The translations under genes and the position numbers were made by a program. The notes beneath the pieces are model-generated. The model was not told where the DNA came from. It was given only the letters and a program-made list of their open reading frames with translations, and made no database searches. From a virus (lineage: Duplodnaviria > Caudoviricetes), in the IMG/VR virus record IMGVR_UViG_3300028591_008352, positions 1 to 64,000 of that record: a stretch of DNA of 64,000 nucleotides; one strand, 5' to 3'. Positions 54,552 to 62,514 of this stretch are shown piece after piece. Each line of letters opens with the position of its first letter. Position 1 is the stretch's first letter.

Positions 54552-55931
54552 ATGCTGAACATTACACAAGGAAACCCGGTGCCGCTGGGGATACAGCTGC
54601 GGAGGAACGGGACGGACTTCGCCCCTGAGAGTGAGGGATTGCGCGTGCGGCTGACCGACTATTACGGCAGTCGGGCGATTGAGGACGTGACGGTGGCCGA
54701 CTGTAAAATCCTGGCTACCGTCCCCGCTACGGTACGCGTGGGTAAGTACGGTATCGAGATTACCGGCACACAGGCTGGCAGTCCGTGGCGCACGAAGTAT
54801 AATGATGTGCTTAACATCACCGACGAGACGGTGGAGGACGTTAGCGACGAGCCTGTGACGATGACGGGCGACTACTACGACATCGTACTGACGGTAAACC
54901 TCTATGGCGGCGGCGATTCGGCAGATCTGCTCGAAGAACTGGAACGGCTCAGGGGTGAGGTGACGAGTCTCACCGGGGAGCTGGCAGAGAAGGATGAGGT
55001 CATCAGCCAGAAGGACGCGGTGATCAGTCTGAAGGATGCCGTAATCAGCGAGAAGGACAGTACCATCAGCGGACTGCAGGGCGACCTGCAGGAGAGTCAG
55101 CAGCAGCTGTCGGACATGACCGACGAGCGCGACGATGCTGTGTATGTAATTGGGTCTTTCTTTGGAGGAACTGTTGTAAATCTTCCAGACAAAAGTTTCA
55201 ATGTAAAATTTAGAGATCTGCCAGTTCCAACACAAATCGAAAGTTGTGGGAATTTCTTTCAAGGTACAAAACAAATAGAGAGTATAAATCTTGGAGGAAT
55301 AACAAGGTTGGACGACAGTTGTTTTAGAGACTGCACCAGTCTTAATACAGTTGTTGGTGTTAATGTCATAGAATGTGGTACCAATATATTCTATGGTTGT
55401 ACCAATCTTGAAACAATTTCACTGCCGAAATTAGCAACAATATATAACCACGCCTCTAATTATGGCTATTTGTTCTATTCTTGTAGTGCAAAGCTTGAAA
55501 CAATAGATTTACCTGCATTGGAAGAAGCGGGAGCATCTTCCTTTGCTTACTGCTCGAAGTTGAAAAGTGTAAGTCTGCCCAAATGTAAGACGTTTGGAAA
55601 TTACTCTTTTCAAAATTGTACAGAATTGGAAGAAATATCTTTACCAGAAGCAACGTCAGCGGCCTATTCGACCTTTCAGGGTTGTAGCAAGTTAAAAAAA
55701 ATCGAATTTTTCAAGATTCTTTCATTTAGCATTGGTACCGCTACTACTAACAGCTCAGATTTGAAGCTCATACTAAGGAATCCATCTGTTGTAGCTCTTG
55801 TTTCTGCAGGATATATAGCAAGTAATTGTACAGTTTATGTGCCAGACGATCTATTATCCTCATATAAATCAGCCAGTAACTGGAAGAATATTGCCGGGCA
55901 GATTAGGGGACTGAGTGAGTATGTGGAATAA
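54552..55931 (+). CDS. BspA-type leucine-rich-repeat protein with N-terminal adaptor and coiled coil
   Basis: CF.DCTSL, F.GCTNLETISLPKL, SF..CSKLKSVSLPKC repeats; ends VPDDLLSSYKSASNWK; 4x 21-bp heptad repeats at ~54990-55074. Confidence 0.85.
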   Translation: MLNITQGNPVPLGIQLRRNGTDFAPESEGLRVRLTDYYGSRAIEDVTVADCKILATVPATVRVGKYGIEITGTQAGSPWRTKYNDVLNITDETVEDVSDEPVTMTGDYYDIVLTVNLYGGGDSADLLEELERLRGEVTSLTGELAEKDEVISQKDAVISLKDAVISEKDSTISGLQGDLQESQQQLSDMTDERDDAVYVIGSFFGGTVVNLPDKSFNVKFRDLPVPTQIESCGNFFQGTKQIESINLGGITRLDDSCFRDCTSLNTVVGVNVIECGTNIFYGCTNLETISLPKLATIYNHASNYGYLFYSCSAKLETIDLPALEEAGASSFAYCSKLKSVSLPKCKTFGNYSFQNCTELEEISLPEATSAAYSTFQGCSKLKKIEFFKILSFSIGTATTNSSDLKLILRNPSVVALVSAGYIASNCTVYVPDDLLSSYKSASNWKNIAGQIRGLSEYVE

Positions 55932-55945
55932 TAAGTTTATGAGTT

Positions 55946-57163
55946 ATGAGAATACAACCAGATGAAGCCATCTCTCGCCTAAAAAAAGTAGGTGTGAAAG
56001 GAACAAGAAAAGTTCCAGCTTCAACACCCATAAAATTCGTTAGAGGTTTTGGTGATAATGAACACCACACTATCTATTTTTTAGGTCAGGGAAATAGAGT
56101 GTTTATCACTCCAGCCGACGATTCAATCAGACCAGTATTAGCTGACTGCGAAAACTTGGATTTAACGGAAGAACTACCGCCATCATTAGTAGATTTACTT
56201 GGTGAATATGACCGCCAAATCACCATGTACCAAAATAGCGGTATGTCTATGGAGGTAGGTGACGATATGCTGAGTGATGCAGACCGCCAAGCAGTTCAAC
56301 CATTATTGAAGACTGTCTGGTCACAAGGAGCACCATACAACGACAGACTATTGTTCAACGGTCAGAAGTGTCTGGTCGGATGCGTGGCTCTCAGTATGGC
56401 GCAAATCATTTATTACTGGGGAAAGACTGGTAAAGATGGGAAATTGTATTACAGGGGATGCACTGCATGTCCTGCATATACGACGAGAACAAGTAAGTAT
56501 AAGGTGGATGCCCTACCACCTATAACCAAGTTTGATTATAGTCACTTGACACAGAAGACACCTGCATCTGCGGCAAGCATAAAAGCTATGTCTGTATTCT
56601 TGGAGTATTGCGGTAAAGCTCTACAGAGCAATTACGGAACATCTGCCACATCTGCATATAATGTTTCAGCAAGGGACGTGTTAAAAACTCATTTCAGAAT
56701 GGGCAATCCTGTTATAATATATGCCAGTAGTGGAGAAGCAAAATTTGAGGAAAAGATTTACAACGAATTGGTCAATGGGAGACCAATTATGATTGCTGGA
56801 TATAGAGCAGGTGGGTATGGTCACATGTTTAATTGCGATGGTGTTAAACATGATACTTATGGCGATACATATCATTTTAATTTTGGCTGGGGAGGTAATG
56901 GCGATGGTTGGTATGCAATGACTGCTATAAAACCAAAGGCTGACAGAGAGTACACGATAAACCTCAGTGCCATAATAGGCATTGAGCCGACGTATATGCT
57001 TGGTGACGCTAACGGTGACGGTAATATAGATATATCAGATGTTACTACTGTGGTACGTGACAGTTTGAATGGTAACAATAGAATTGAGAGTGACATCAAC
57101 AACGACGGTAAGGTGGATGTTTCCGATCTGACATTATTACAGAACAAATTATTAGGGAAATGA
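55946..57163 (+). CDS. C10 (streptopain-like) cysteine protease with C-terminal dockerin-like domain
   Basis: QGAPYN...GCVALSMAQI (Cys), GHMFNCDG (His), HFNFGWGG; dockerin GDANGDGNIDISDV...SDINNDGKVDVSDL; no signal peptide. Confidence 0.9.
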   Translation: MRIQPDEAISRLKKVGVKGTRKVPASTPIKFVRGFGDNEHHTIYFLGQGNRVFITPADDSIRPVLADCENLDLTEELPPSLVDLLGEYDRQITMYQNSGMSMEVGDDMLSDADRQAVQPLLKTVWSQGAPYNDRLLFNGQKCLVGCVALSMAQIIYYWGKTGKDGKLYYRGCTACPAYTTRTSKYKVDALPPITKFDYSHLTQKTPASAASIKAMSVFLEYCGKALQSNYGTSATSAYNVSARDVLKTHFRMGNPVIIYASSGEAKFEEKIYNELVNGRPIMIAGYRAGGYGHMFNCDGVKHDTYGDTYHFNFGWGGNGDGWYAMTAIKPKADREYTINLSAIIGIEPTYMLGDANGDGNIDISDVTTVVRDSLNGNNRIESDINNDGKVDVSDLTLLQNKLLGK

Positions 57164-57217
57164 AAGTAGTCTCCTGTTCGACAGCCAGAATAATTAAATA
57201 CATAATTTGAATTGATC

Positions 57218-57874
57218 ATGAGAAAGAGAGTTTTAATCATTATCGGCTTTGCTCACCTTCTGACCACACCAGGCAAGCGGTCGCCCGACGGAAAATTCCG
57301 CGAGGCCATCTACAGCCGTGAGGTGGGACGTGCCATCAAGGCCAATCTGGAAGCACTCGGCTATACCGTTGCTTTCGACTATGACGGTGACAAGCTGCCT
57401 AAGACCATGCAGACGCCAATGGCCAAGCTGGAGCAGCAGCGGGAACTTGCCCTGCGTGTCGCCAATGTGAATCAGATGTGCAAGGATTACGGTGCAGCCA
57501 ATGTCATCTACATCAGCATCCATGTGAATGCTGCAGGGGCAGACGGCAAGTGGCATGAGGCCGGAGGGTGGCAGGTCAATGTGTCGCCAAAGGCTTCTTC
57601 CAAGAGTAAGCTTCTGGCAGGCTGTCTCTTCGACGCCGCCAAGGGCGTTGGTTTGAAGATGCGCCAGCCGTCGGCAAGCCAGAAATACTGGAACAACGCC
57701 GCGCTGTATATCCTAAGTAACACCGCATGTCCTGCCGTCCTTACTGAGAACCTGTTCCAGGACAACAAGGAAGATGTTGCCTTTCTCACATCTGACGAGG
57801 GCCGTCATGCCGTCGAGAGGCTGCATGTGGAGGGAATCGTTGACTACATAGAGAAAACCTATGGAAAAGCCTAA
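57218..57874 (+). CDS. Endolysin, N-acetylmuramoyl-L-alanine amidase (Amidase_3)
   Basis: H..TPGKRSPDGKFRE, ISIHVNAAG, CPAVLTENLFQDN. Confidence 0.92.
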   Translation: MRKRVLIIIGFAHLLTTPGKRSPDGKFREAIYSREVGRAIKANLEALGYTVAFDYDGDKLPKTMQTPMAKLEQQRELALRVANVNQMCKDYGAANVIYISIHVNAAGADGKWHEAGGWQVNVSPKASSKSKLLAGCLFDAAKGVGLKMRQPSASQKYWNNAALYILSNTACPAVLTENLFQDNKEDVAFLTSDEGRHAVERLHVEGIVDYIEKTYGKA

Positions 57875-58139
57875 AGAGTTCAAGCGTGTAGAATTCGTGG
57901 AATACATGCCCCATGAGAAAGAGCCGGGAGTGCTTTATGTGAGTATGCGTTTCGGCCTGGTTATCTGCAAGTGTCCGTGCGGCTGTGGCATCGATGCGGT
58001 AATGCCTATCAAGCCCAAGTCATACGGATGGGACTACATCGAAAAGGACGGCAAGGTTACTCTATCCCCCTCTGTGGCTACCAACTGCCCAAACAAGGCG
58101 CACTTCTTTATTCGTGATAACAAAATCCAATGGTTATGA
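57861..58139 (+). CDS. DUF6527-like Cys-rich protein
   Basis: EPGVLYVS...CKCPCGCG...W...VTLSPSV...CPNKAHFFIRDNKIQW. Confidence 0.75.
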   Translation: MEKPKEFKRVEFVEYMPHEKEPGVLYVSMRFGLVICKCPCGCGIDAVMPIKPKSYGWDYIEKDGKVTLSPSVATNCPNKAHFFIRDNKIQWL

Positions 58140-58741
58140 AAAAGAGAATTGTTCCGCTCCTGCTTCTGGCATCCGTATTGCTGAATCTGGTGCTGCTGAA
58201 TCAGATGTTTAAGCCAGAGCAGGGAGAGGTGGTCACAGACACCACTACCGTTGTCAGCACATTTGTTCCCGATTCTGCTGCAGACAGCAGCTTTGTTGAG
58301 TGTAGGGACTATAAAATCCCTGCTTCAGCAATAAAAGTGCGTGGAAATGGAACGAAAGCTGTTAATTCTGGAACGAAAAGTGTTAATTCTGGAACAGAAA
58401 CAGCAGAAAATGGAAATTTTCAGTCAGATTCTGTCAATTCCATGACCGACTCTCTTACTATCCAGATGAACGGTGACAGCGTGACCGTAACACTTCCTAT
58501 TACTCAGAAGGTGTATTCTGATTCCACCTACACGGCATACGTCAGCGGATTTGATGCGAAGCTCGACAGCATCAGCGTGTATAGCAAGATGATCACCGTC
58601 ACAAGAAGGGAGCCTACCCCGGCGTTCACATTAGGAGTGCAGGCTGGGTACGGAATAACCCCTGCAGGGATGCAGCCATACATCGGTTTGGGAGTCCAGT
58701 ATAACTTTTCCCTATCCAAAATTTGGCCATTCCGAAAATAA
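58130..58741 (+). CDS. Membrane-anchored spanin-like lysis accessory protein
   Basis: N-terminal TM; LPITQKVYSDSTYTAYVSG..A.LDSI; GVQAGYG...PYIGLGVQY; 21-bp GTKxVNS repeats at ~58349-58400. Confidence 0.7.
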   Translation: MVMKKRIVPLLLLASVLLNLVLLNQMFKPEQGEVVTDTTTVVSTFVPDSAADSSFVECRDYKIPASAIKVRGNGTKAVNSGTKSVNSGTETAENGNFQSDSVNSMTDSLTIQMNGDSVTVTLPITQKVYSDSTYTAYVSGFDAKLDSISVYSKMITVTRREPTPAFTLGVQAGYGITPAGMQPYIGLGVQYNFSLSKIWPFRK

Positions 58742-58753
58742 TGACTACATTTG
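58722..58753 (+). promoter_or_regulatory. Consensus promoter for the sRNA: TTTG-N20-TACATTTG
   Basis: TTTG at 58722-58725, TACATTTG at 58746-58753; predicted +1 at G58758. Confidence 0.8.
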
Positions 58754-58757
58754 CACC

Positions 58758-58831
58758 GTCTGATAATGTTTTTAGGACATATCAGTATTGCGTATAGCCC
58801 CTGTGTCCTTCATCAGGCATGGGGGCTTTTT
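58758..58831 (+). ncRNA. Predicted trans-acting antisense sRNA (~74 nt)
   Basis: Own promoter and terminator, no ORF. Nt 58778-58793 (CAUAUCAGUAUUGCGU) are complementary to five start-codon regions elsewhere in the prophage. Confidence 0.75.
58796..58831 (+). terminator. Intrinsic terminator of the sRNA / late operon
   Basis: 12-bp stem AGCCCCTGTGTC / GGCATGGGGGCT (3 G:U), 8-nt loop, U5. Confidence 0.85.
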
Positions 58832-58861
58832 CAGTCCGAAAAGAGCTGTTTTTCAACACTT

Positions 58862-58882
58862 TTGTTGCTGGATTGTTGCTCG
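58862..58882. promoter_or_regulatory. Putative integrase arm sites near attR
   Basis: TTGTTGCT x2, the second extending to TTGTTGCTCG as at 286-295. Confidence 0.55.
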
Positions 58883-58941
58883 GAGATTTGTGACAGCTTC
58901 AAAATTTATTGATAATCAGGTGATTTACAGCTACTTACGTA

Positions 58942-58959
58942 ATTTCTGCGTCGGCAAGT
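58942..58959 (+). repeat. attR (core TGCGTCGG at 58947-58954)
   Basis: AAT TTC TGC GTC GGC AAG TGA = NFCVGK*, duplicating the mnmE end. Confidence 0.88.
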
Positions 58960-59005
58960 GACCCCTTATAAACAACTCTGAGCAACTTGGAGTAATTTGA
59001 ACTAT

Positions 59006-59035
59006 AGGCCGTGTCAAAAGTAACAGACACGACCT
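59006..59035. terminator. Hairpin, possible terminator of mnmE (in attB) and of the convergent gene
   Basis: AGG(C)CGTGTC-N10-GACACG(A)CCT. Confidence 0.4.
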
Positions 59036-59073
59036 CTTCATTTATTATCATGGCCTCCCGATTTTTATAGCTC

Positions 59074-60246
59074 TTATTCTTCATCATCAGACTCCTCATC
59101 TGAATCGTCAGAAGAAGGATAACGGTTCGGCATCATCATGGCTCTTTCTATCATAGCTTCATTGCCGAAATAGTTCTGCCCGAAGCGGTTCATATTGGTT
59201 CTGCCACCGATGGCGGCTACACAGTTCATGGCATAGATATCATCGGGATGGTTCTCTATACGTTTTAGACATGAGACATAACACATCTTGCGGTACTCGT
59301 TGTAATACTGGTTGGGTATGGACGAGTCTCTGGAACTGCCGAAATAAAGCCCTTGGTTAATCGCCCTCCACGTTATCCAGATGCGATGCAAGATTGGACT
59401 GTAGTTTCCGCTCTCCATCAGGGCACGTCCTACAGCAAGAATCCATTCGTCATCGATGTCGGATTTGTCGCAGTTCGCCCAATTCCGCCAGAGTGAGCAT
59501 TGTTCGTCGAAGTTCCTGCAAGTTGCAAGTTCGCCTAACATGACTTCTATCTGGTCATCCTCACTGGCATCAAGATAATGCTGGAACTTCTCCATAACCA
59601 TGCCCTCAGCAATGTCCATCACACTGTCCAAGGACTCGACAAAGGTTTCTTCGTCATCGTAGAACTTATATGCCTTGCTTTCGACAACATCGCCAAAGGA
59701 GATAAGCAAGTCCATCGGACTGAAATCCTCGTCCCATTTATCCGGCTCTGTCTTCATCAGTTTCAGGATGGAGTCCTCGAAGTCCTGTGCAGCCTTGCGC
59801 ACCTCCTTGTCCTTGATTATATTGACGCTGACCGCCTTGATGCTATTCTTGACTTCATCATCGTAGCGTAACAGGTCTGCTGTGTGTCCTCTGTACCAAA
59901 CCTCGTAGTTGCTCCAGACATTCCATGACAAGGCACAGCTGTTGTAGAAATCCTCGGCATTGGCAAGGAACGGCTGCTTTGAGCCTGCATATTCGGGAAC
60001 ACGCAACACAAAAGCGGTGTCCTCAAACAAGTAGAACTCATCCTCTGGCAGTTCAAGATTCATCTTGGAGTATAAGATGGAATCCTTGTCCTCGCCTTCA
60101 TAATGCTGATACCAATCGTATGCCTGGAGGATGGCAGACAAATCGACAGGGTCGCTGTAGTCAAACAGGTCTGATGGTTTTTCTTTTCCGCAGCTGATCA
60201 GGCTCATGGCACAGCACATAGCCGTCAATAAATGTGTGAACTTCAT
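59074..60246 (-). CDS. Lipoprotein, hypothetical (host side)
   Basis: Lipobox LISC; acidic, helical. Confidence 0.75.
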   Translation of the reverse strand: MKFTHLLTAMCCAMSLISCGKEKPSDLFDYSDPVDLSAILQAYDWYQHYEGEDKDSILYSKMNLELPEDEFYLFEDTAFVLRVPEYAGSKQPFLANAEDFYNSCALSWNVWSNYEVWYRGHTADLLRYDDEVKNSIKAVSVNIIKDKEVRKAAQDFEDSILKLMKTEPDKWDEDFSPMDLLISFGDVVESKAYKFYDDEETFVESLDSVMDIAEGMVMEKFQHYLDASEDDQIEVMLGELATCRNFDEQCSLWRNWANCDKSDIDDEWILAVGRALMESGNYSPILHRIWITWRAINQGLYFGSSRDSSIPNQYYNEYRKMCYVSCLKRIENHPDDIYAMNCVAAIGGRTNMNRFGQNYFGNEAMIERAMMMPNRYPSSDDSDEESDDEE

Positions 60247-61745
60247 TGTATATCCTCCTTTCCTTTTGTTTTTGTAGGCATTTTCAGTTCTCTAAGTGCA
60301 GCCACCTTCCCAGCAAGTCCAACCAATGTGGAGTTGGCAGGTATACTATCCGTAGCCAGCCTTACATATATTCTGTATCGGGGGGTGGTATCATCAGGTA
60401 TTTGCGTGGCATAGCTTAAAGAATGCTTCGTGCCATGATAGACCTTCACAGAATCGTTATGGAAGAACTCACCAGAGGCAACAGTGATGCTGTCATCTGG
60501 GATAAAGCGTTCTTCATTGTAATTGATAAAGGGATTCCCATACATGGAGATACGGACATCGGCAATGGTCTTTCCATCTATCAATTCCGTTACCGTAATC
60601 TGACCCTTATCGTCATACTCACTGCCATTCCACTTGAAATGGTTTTCAAGAATCTCTCTTATCCCATGCTGCAGGTCTGGACAGATGTCTGGCTCGTGGG
60701 TAAACGTGTTGTTGACCACCTCGTAGTAACGGCAGTAACCGTCCTTTTGCAGTTCATAGATGTATGGCCATCCATTGGGAAATCTGTCACTCTCACAAAT
60801 ACGCTCATAGACAGGTTCGACAAGCAAGCCATAGCGGTCACGCAAGCCATAAAGCTCACGTGTACTATCGGTCAGGTAGAGAATACCGTGGAATGGTTCC
60901 ATATAGTAGAAACCGCTCCTGGCATAGTTGATACAGGCATATTGGTTATAACCTATTGAGAACGACGGAAGCAGCATGCCCAGATAAAGAACCATCGTGT
61001 TTACCAACAGATTGTCCTTGATATGATGATACAACCTCGTACAGACGTAGATGACCAACCCGAAACTGACAAGCAACATACTCACTCGCCACACACCACC
61101 TACTATCTGTGCGTACCAGAAGATGGTCATACTAACGACCAGCACCCATACCTTCTCGGCATTCACTTTATGATAGTGGCAAAGCAGCCAGTAAGTGAGT
61201 GGTGCAGCTGACATGCACAGGATCTGGCAGAGACGAGCGTTCATGGCAAGTCCTGTCAGGAAAGTAACCAAAAGTATCATCAATATGGCAGAACAAGTTC
61301 TTTCCAAGCGTCCATGCCACAGGATGCCACCTATCAAATCTTTCCAGGTCAGTTCAGTGCGTACCAGTTTCTTCTTGAACAGCAATACTGCATACCAGAT
61401 ATAGGGTATCACGAATAACCAAAGCATGAGGAATGCCCCCAAGGCGTACTTCAATGCTACATTATATTCCAATCCTGTCAGGTCAGACACACGGCAGATA
61501 ATATCACCTACACCGTTATAAACCCCAATATAAACGGACATGACTATCAACGGCACAAAGATGAGCAGCGGCAGCCAAGCACGTTTTTCTTTGTGAGCTA
61601 AAGAGAATGAGATAACCAAACGGTATAAGACCTCTAACACGATGAAGGGAAGGGCTGTGTAAGCCCAACTGCCCCTCCCTCCGAACATACTCAGCATCCA
61701 CAAGGCGCAAATAGCCAAGTCAAAGAAAAACAATTTCGATTTCAT
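60243..61745 (-). CDS. Multi-pass membrane protein with periplasmic C-terminal domain
   Basis: About 9 hydrophobic segments, then a soluble domain (YGLRDRYGLLVEPVY). Confidence 0.7.
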   Translation of the reverse strand: MKSKLFFFDLAICALWMLSMFGGRGSWAYTALPFIVLEVLYRLVISFSLAHKEKRAWLPLLIFVPLIVMSVYIGVYNGVGDIICRVSDLTGLEYNVALKYALGAFLMLWLFVIPYIWYAVLLFKKKLVRTELTWKDLIGGILWHGRLERTCSAILMILLVTFLTGLAMNARLCQILCMSAAPLTYWLLCHYHKVNAEKVWVLVVSMTIFWYAQIVGGVWRVSMLLVSFGLVIYVCTRLYHHIKDNLLVNTMVLYLGMLLPSFSIGYNQYACINYARSGFYYMEPFHGILYLTDSTRELYGLRDRYGLLVEPVYERICESDRFPNGWPYIYELQKDGYCRYYEVVNNTFTHEPDICPDLQHGIREILENHFKWNGSEYDDKGQITVTELIDGKTIADVRISMYGNPFINYNEERFIPDDSITVASGEFFHNDSVKVYHGTKHSLSYATQIPDDTTPRYRIYVRLATDSIPANSTLVGLAGKVAALRELKMPTKTKGKEDIQ

Positions 61746-61756
61746 GATGACCTCCT

Positions 61757-62479
61757 TCAGGACTTGCTCTCTTCTTCATCGAATGCTTCGTCTGCCATCG
61801 CCATATAACAGGCACGGCGTTCCCTTGCGGGCATCTCACAACAGTCCACATCTTCCTTGAAATGTGCCAGGCGTGAGAAGAAGTTCATACGGGTACTGGT
61901 GTCCTTCGCCATCCCTGCCATCGTACCATGAGCAGAATAGTCGAAGTTACGGGCATTGCGGATGGAGAGGTTGAAGGCCACCTCCACGGAGTCCTGGTTG
62001 GCTCCCATATAGGTGAATGTCCATCCTTCGCCCTTCAGTTGCTCAACGAGTTGCTTGACGGCAGCACCTGTATATTCCTTGGAGGCATTCTCCAGTCCGT
62101 CGGTGATAATGGTGACGACAACCACGGCATCCTCGATGTCCTTCACATGGTTACGCATTGAGGTCAGTGTGAAGCCCATTGCATCATACAGCGGTGTGCA
62201 GCAGCAAGGCTGATAGTCATTCATTGTCAGGGGACGCGCTTCACCGACAGGCACCTTGTCAAAGACATACTTCTTCTCACAATCGCAGAAGGTGAGCAGT
62301 GACACAAAGTGTTCCTGTGTATCTGCAAACTTCTCTTGTGCTTTCTTGATGCCGTTCAAGGTCTCGTTGAATCCGCTAACAGCAGCCTGACGGATGCACT
62401 CCATCGATCCGCTTTTATCGAGGATAATCACATTGAATACCTTTGTCCTTGTCTGCTTGGTTTCGTTTTTCTGTTCCAT
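61757..62479 (-). CDS. von Willebrand factor A domain protein
   Basis: MIDAS DKSGSM, TPLYDAMG, IITDGLENAS. Confidence 0.9.
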   Translation of the reverse strand: MEQKNETKQTRTKVFNVIILDKSGSMECIRQAAVSGFNETLNGIKKAQEKFADTQEHFVSLLTFCDCEKKYVFDKVPVGEARPLTMNDYQPCCCTPLYDAMGFTLTSMRNHVKDIEDAVVVVTIITDGLENASKEYTGAAVKQLVEQLKGEGWTFTYMGANQDSVEVAFNLSIRNARNFDYSAHGTMAGMAKDTSTRMNFFSRLAHFKEDVDCCEMPARERRACYMAMADEAFDEEESKS

Positions 62480-62514
62480 TGTTCTTTCGCTTTTAATGAT
62501 TTGACTTTGATTGT

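Larger units (their letters stand above)
127..58954. mobile_element. Complete-looking temperate prophage, ~58.8 kb, siphovirus-like
   Basis: Bounded by attL/attR direct repeats. Contains integrase, repressor switch, replication, terminase, portal, capsid, tail, tape measure and lysis genes, with no obvious frameshifts. Confidence 0.93.

Noticed and set aside
46687-57163. Diversity-generating retroelement or tail-fibre shufflon
   Set aside because: No reverse transcriptase motif, no TR/VR pair differing at adenines, and no invertase or inverted crossover sites seen by eye.
58772-58793. Minus-strand reading ACGCAATACTGAT-ATG-TCC-TAA as a relic gene start
   Set aside because: Only Met-Ser-stop, with no minus-strand promoter. 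The plus strand has the full promoter and terminator.
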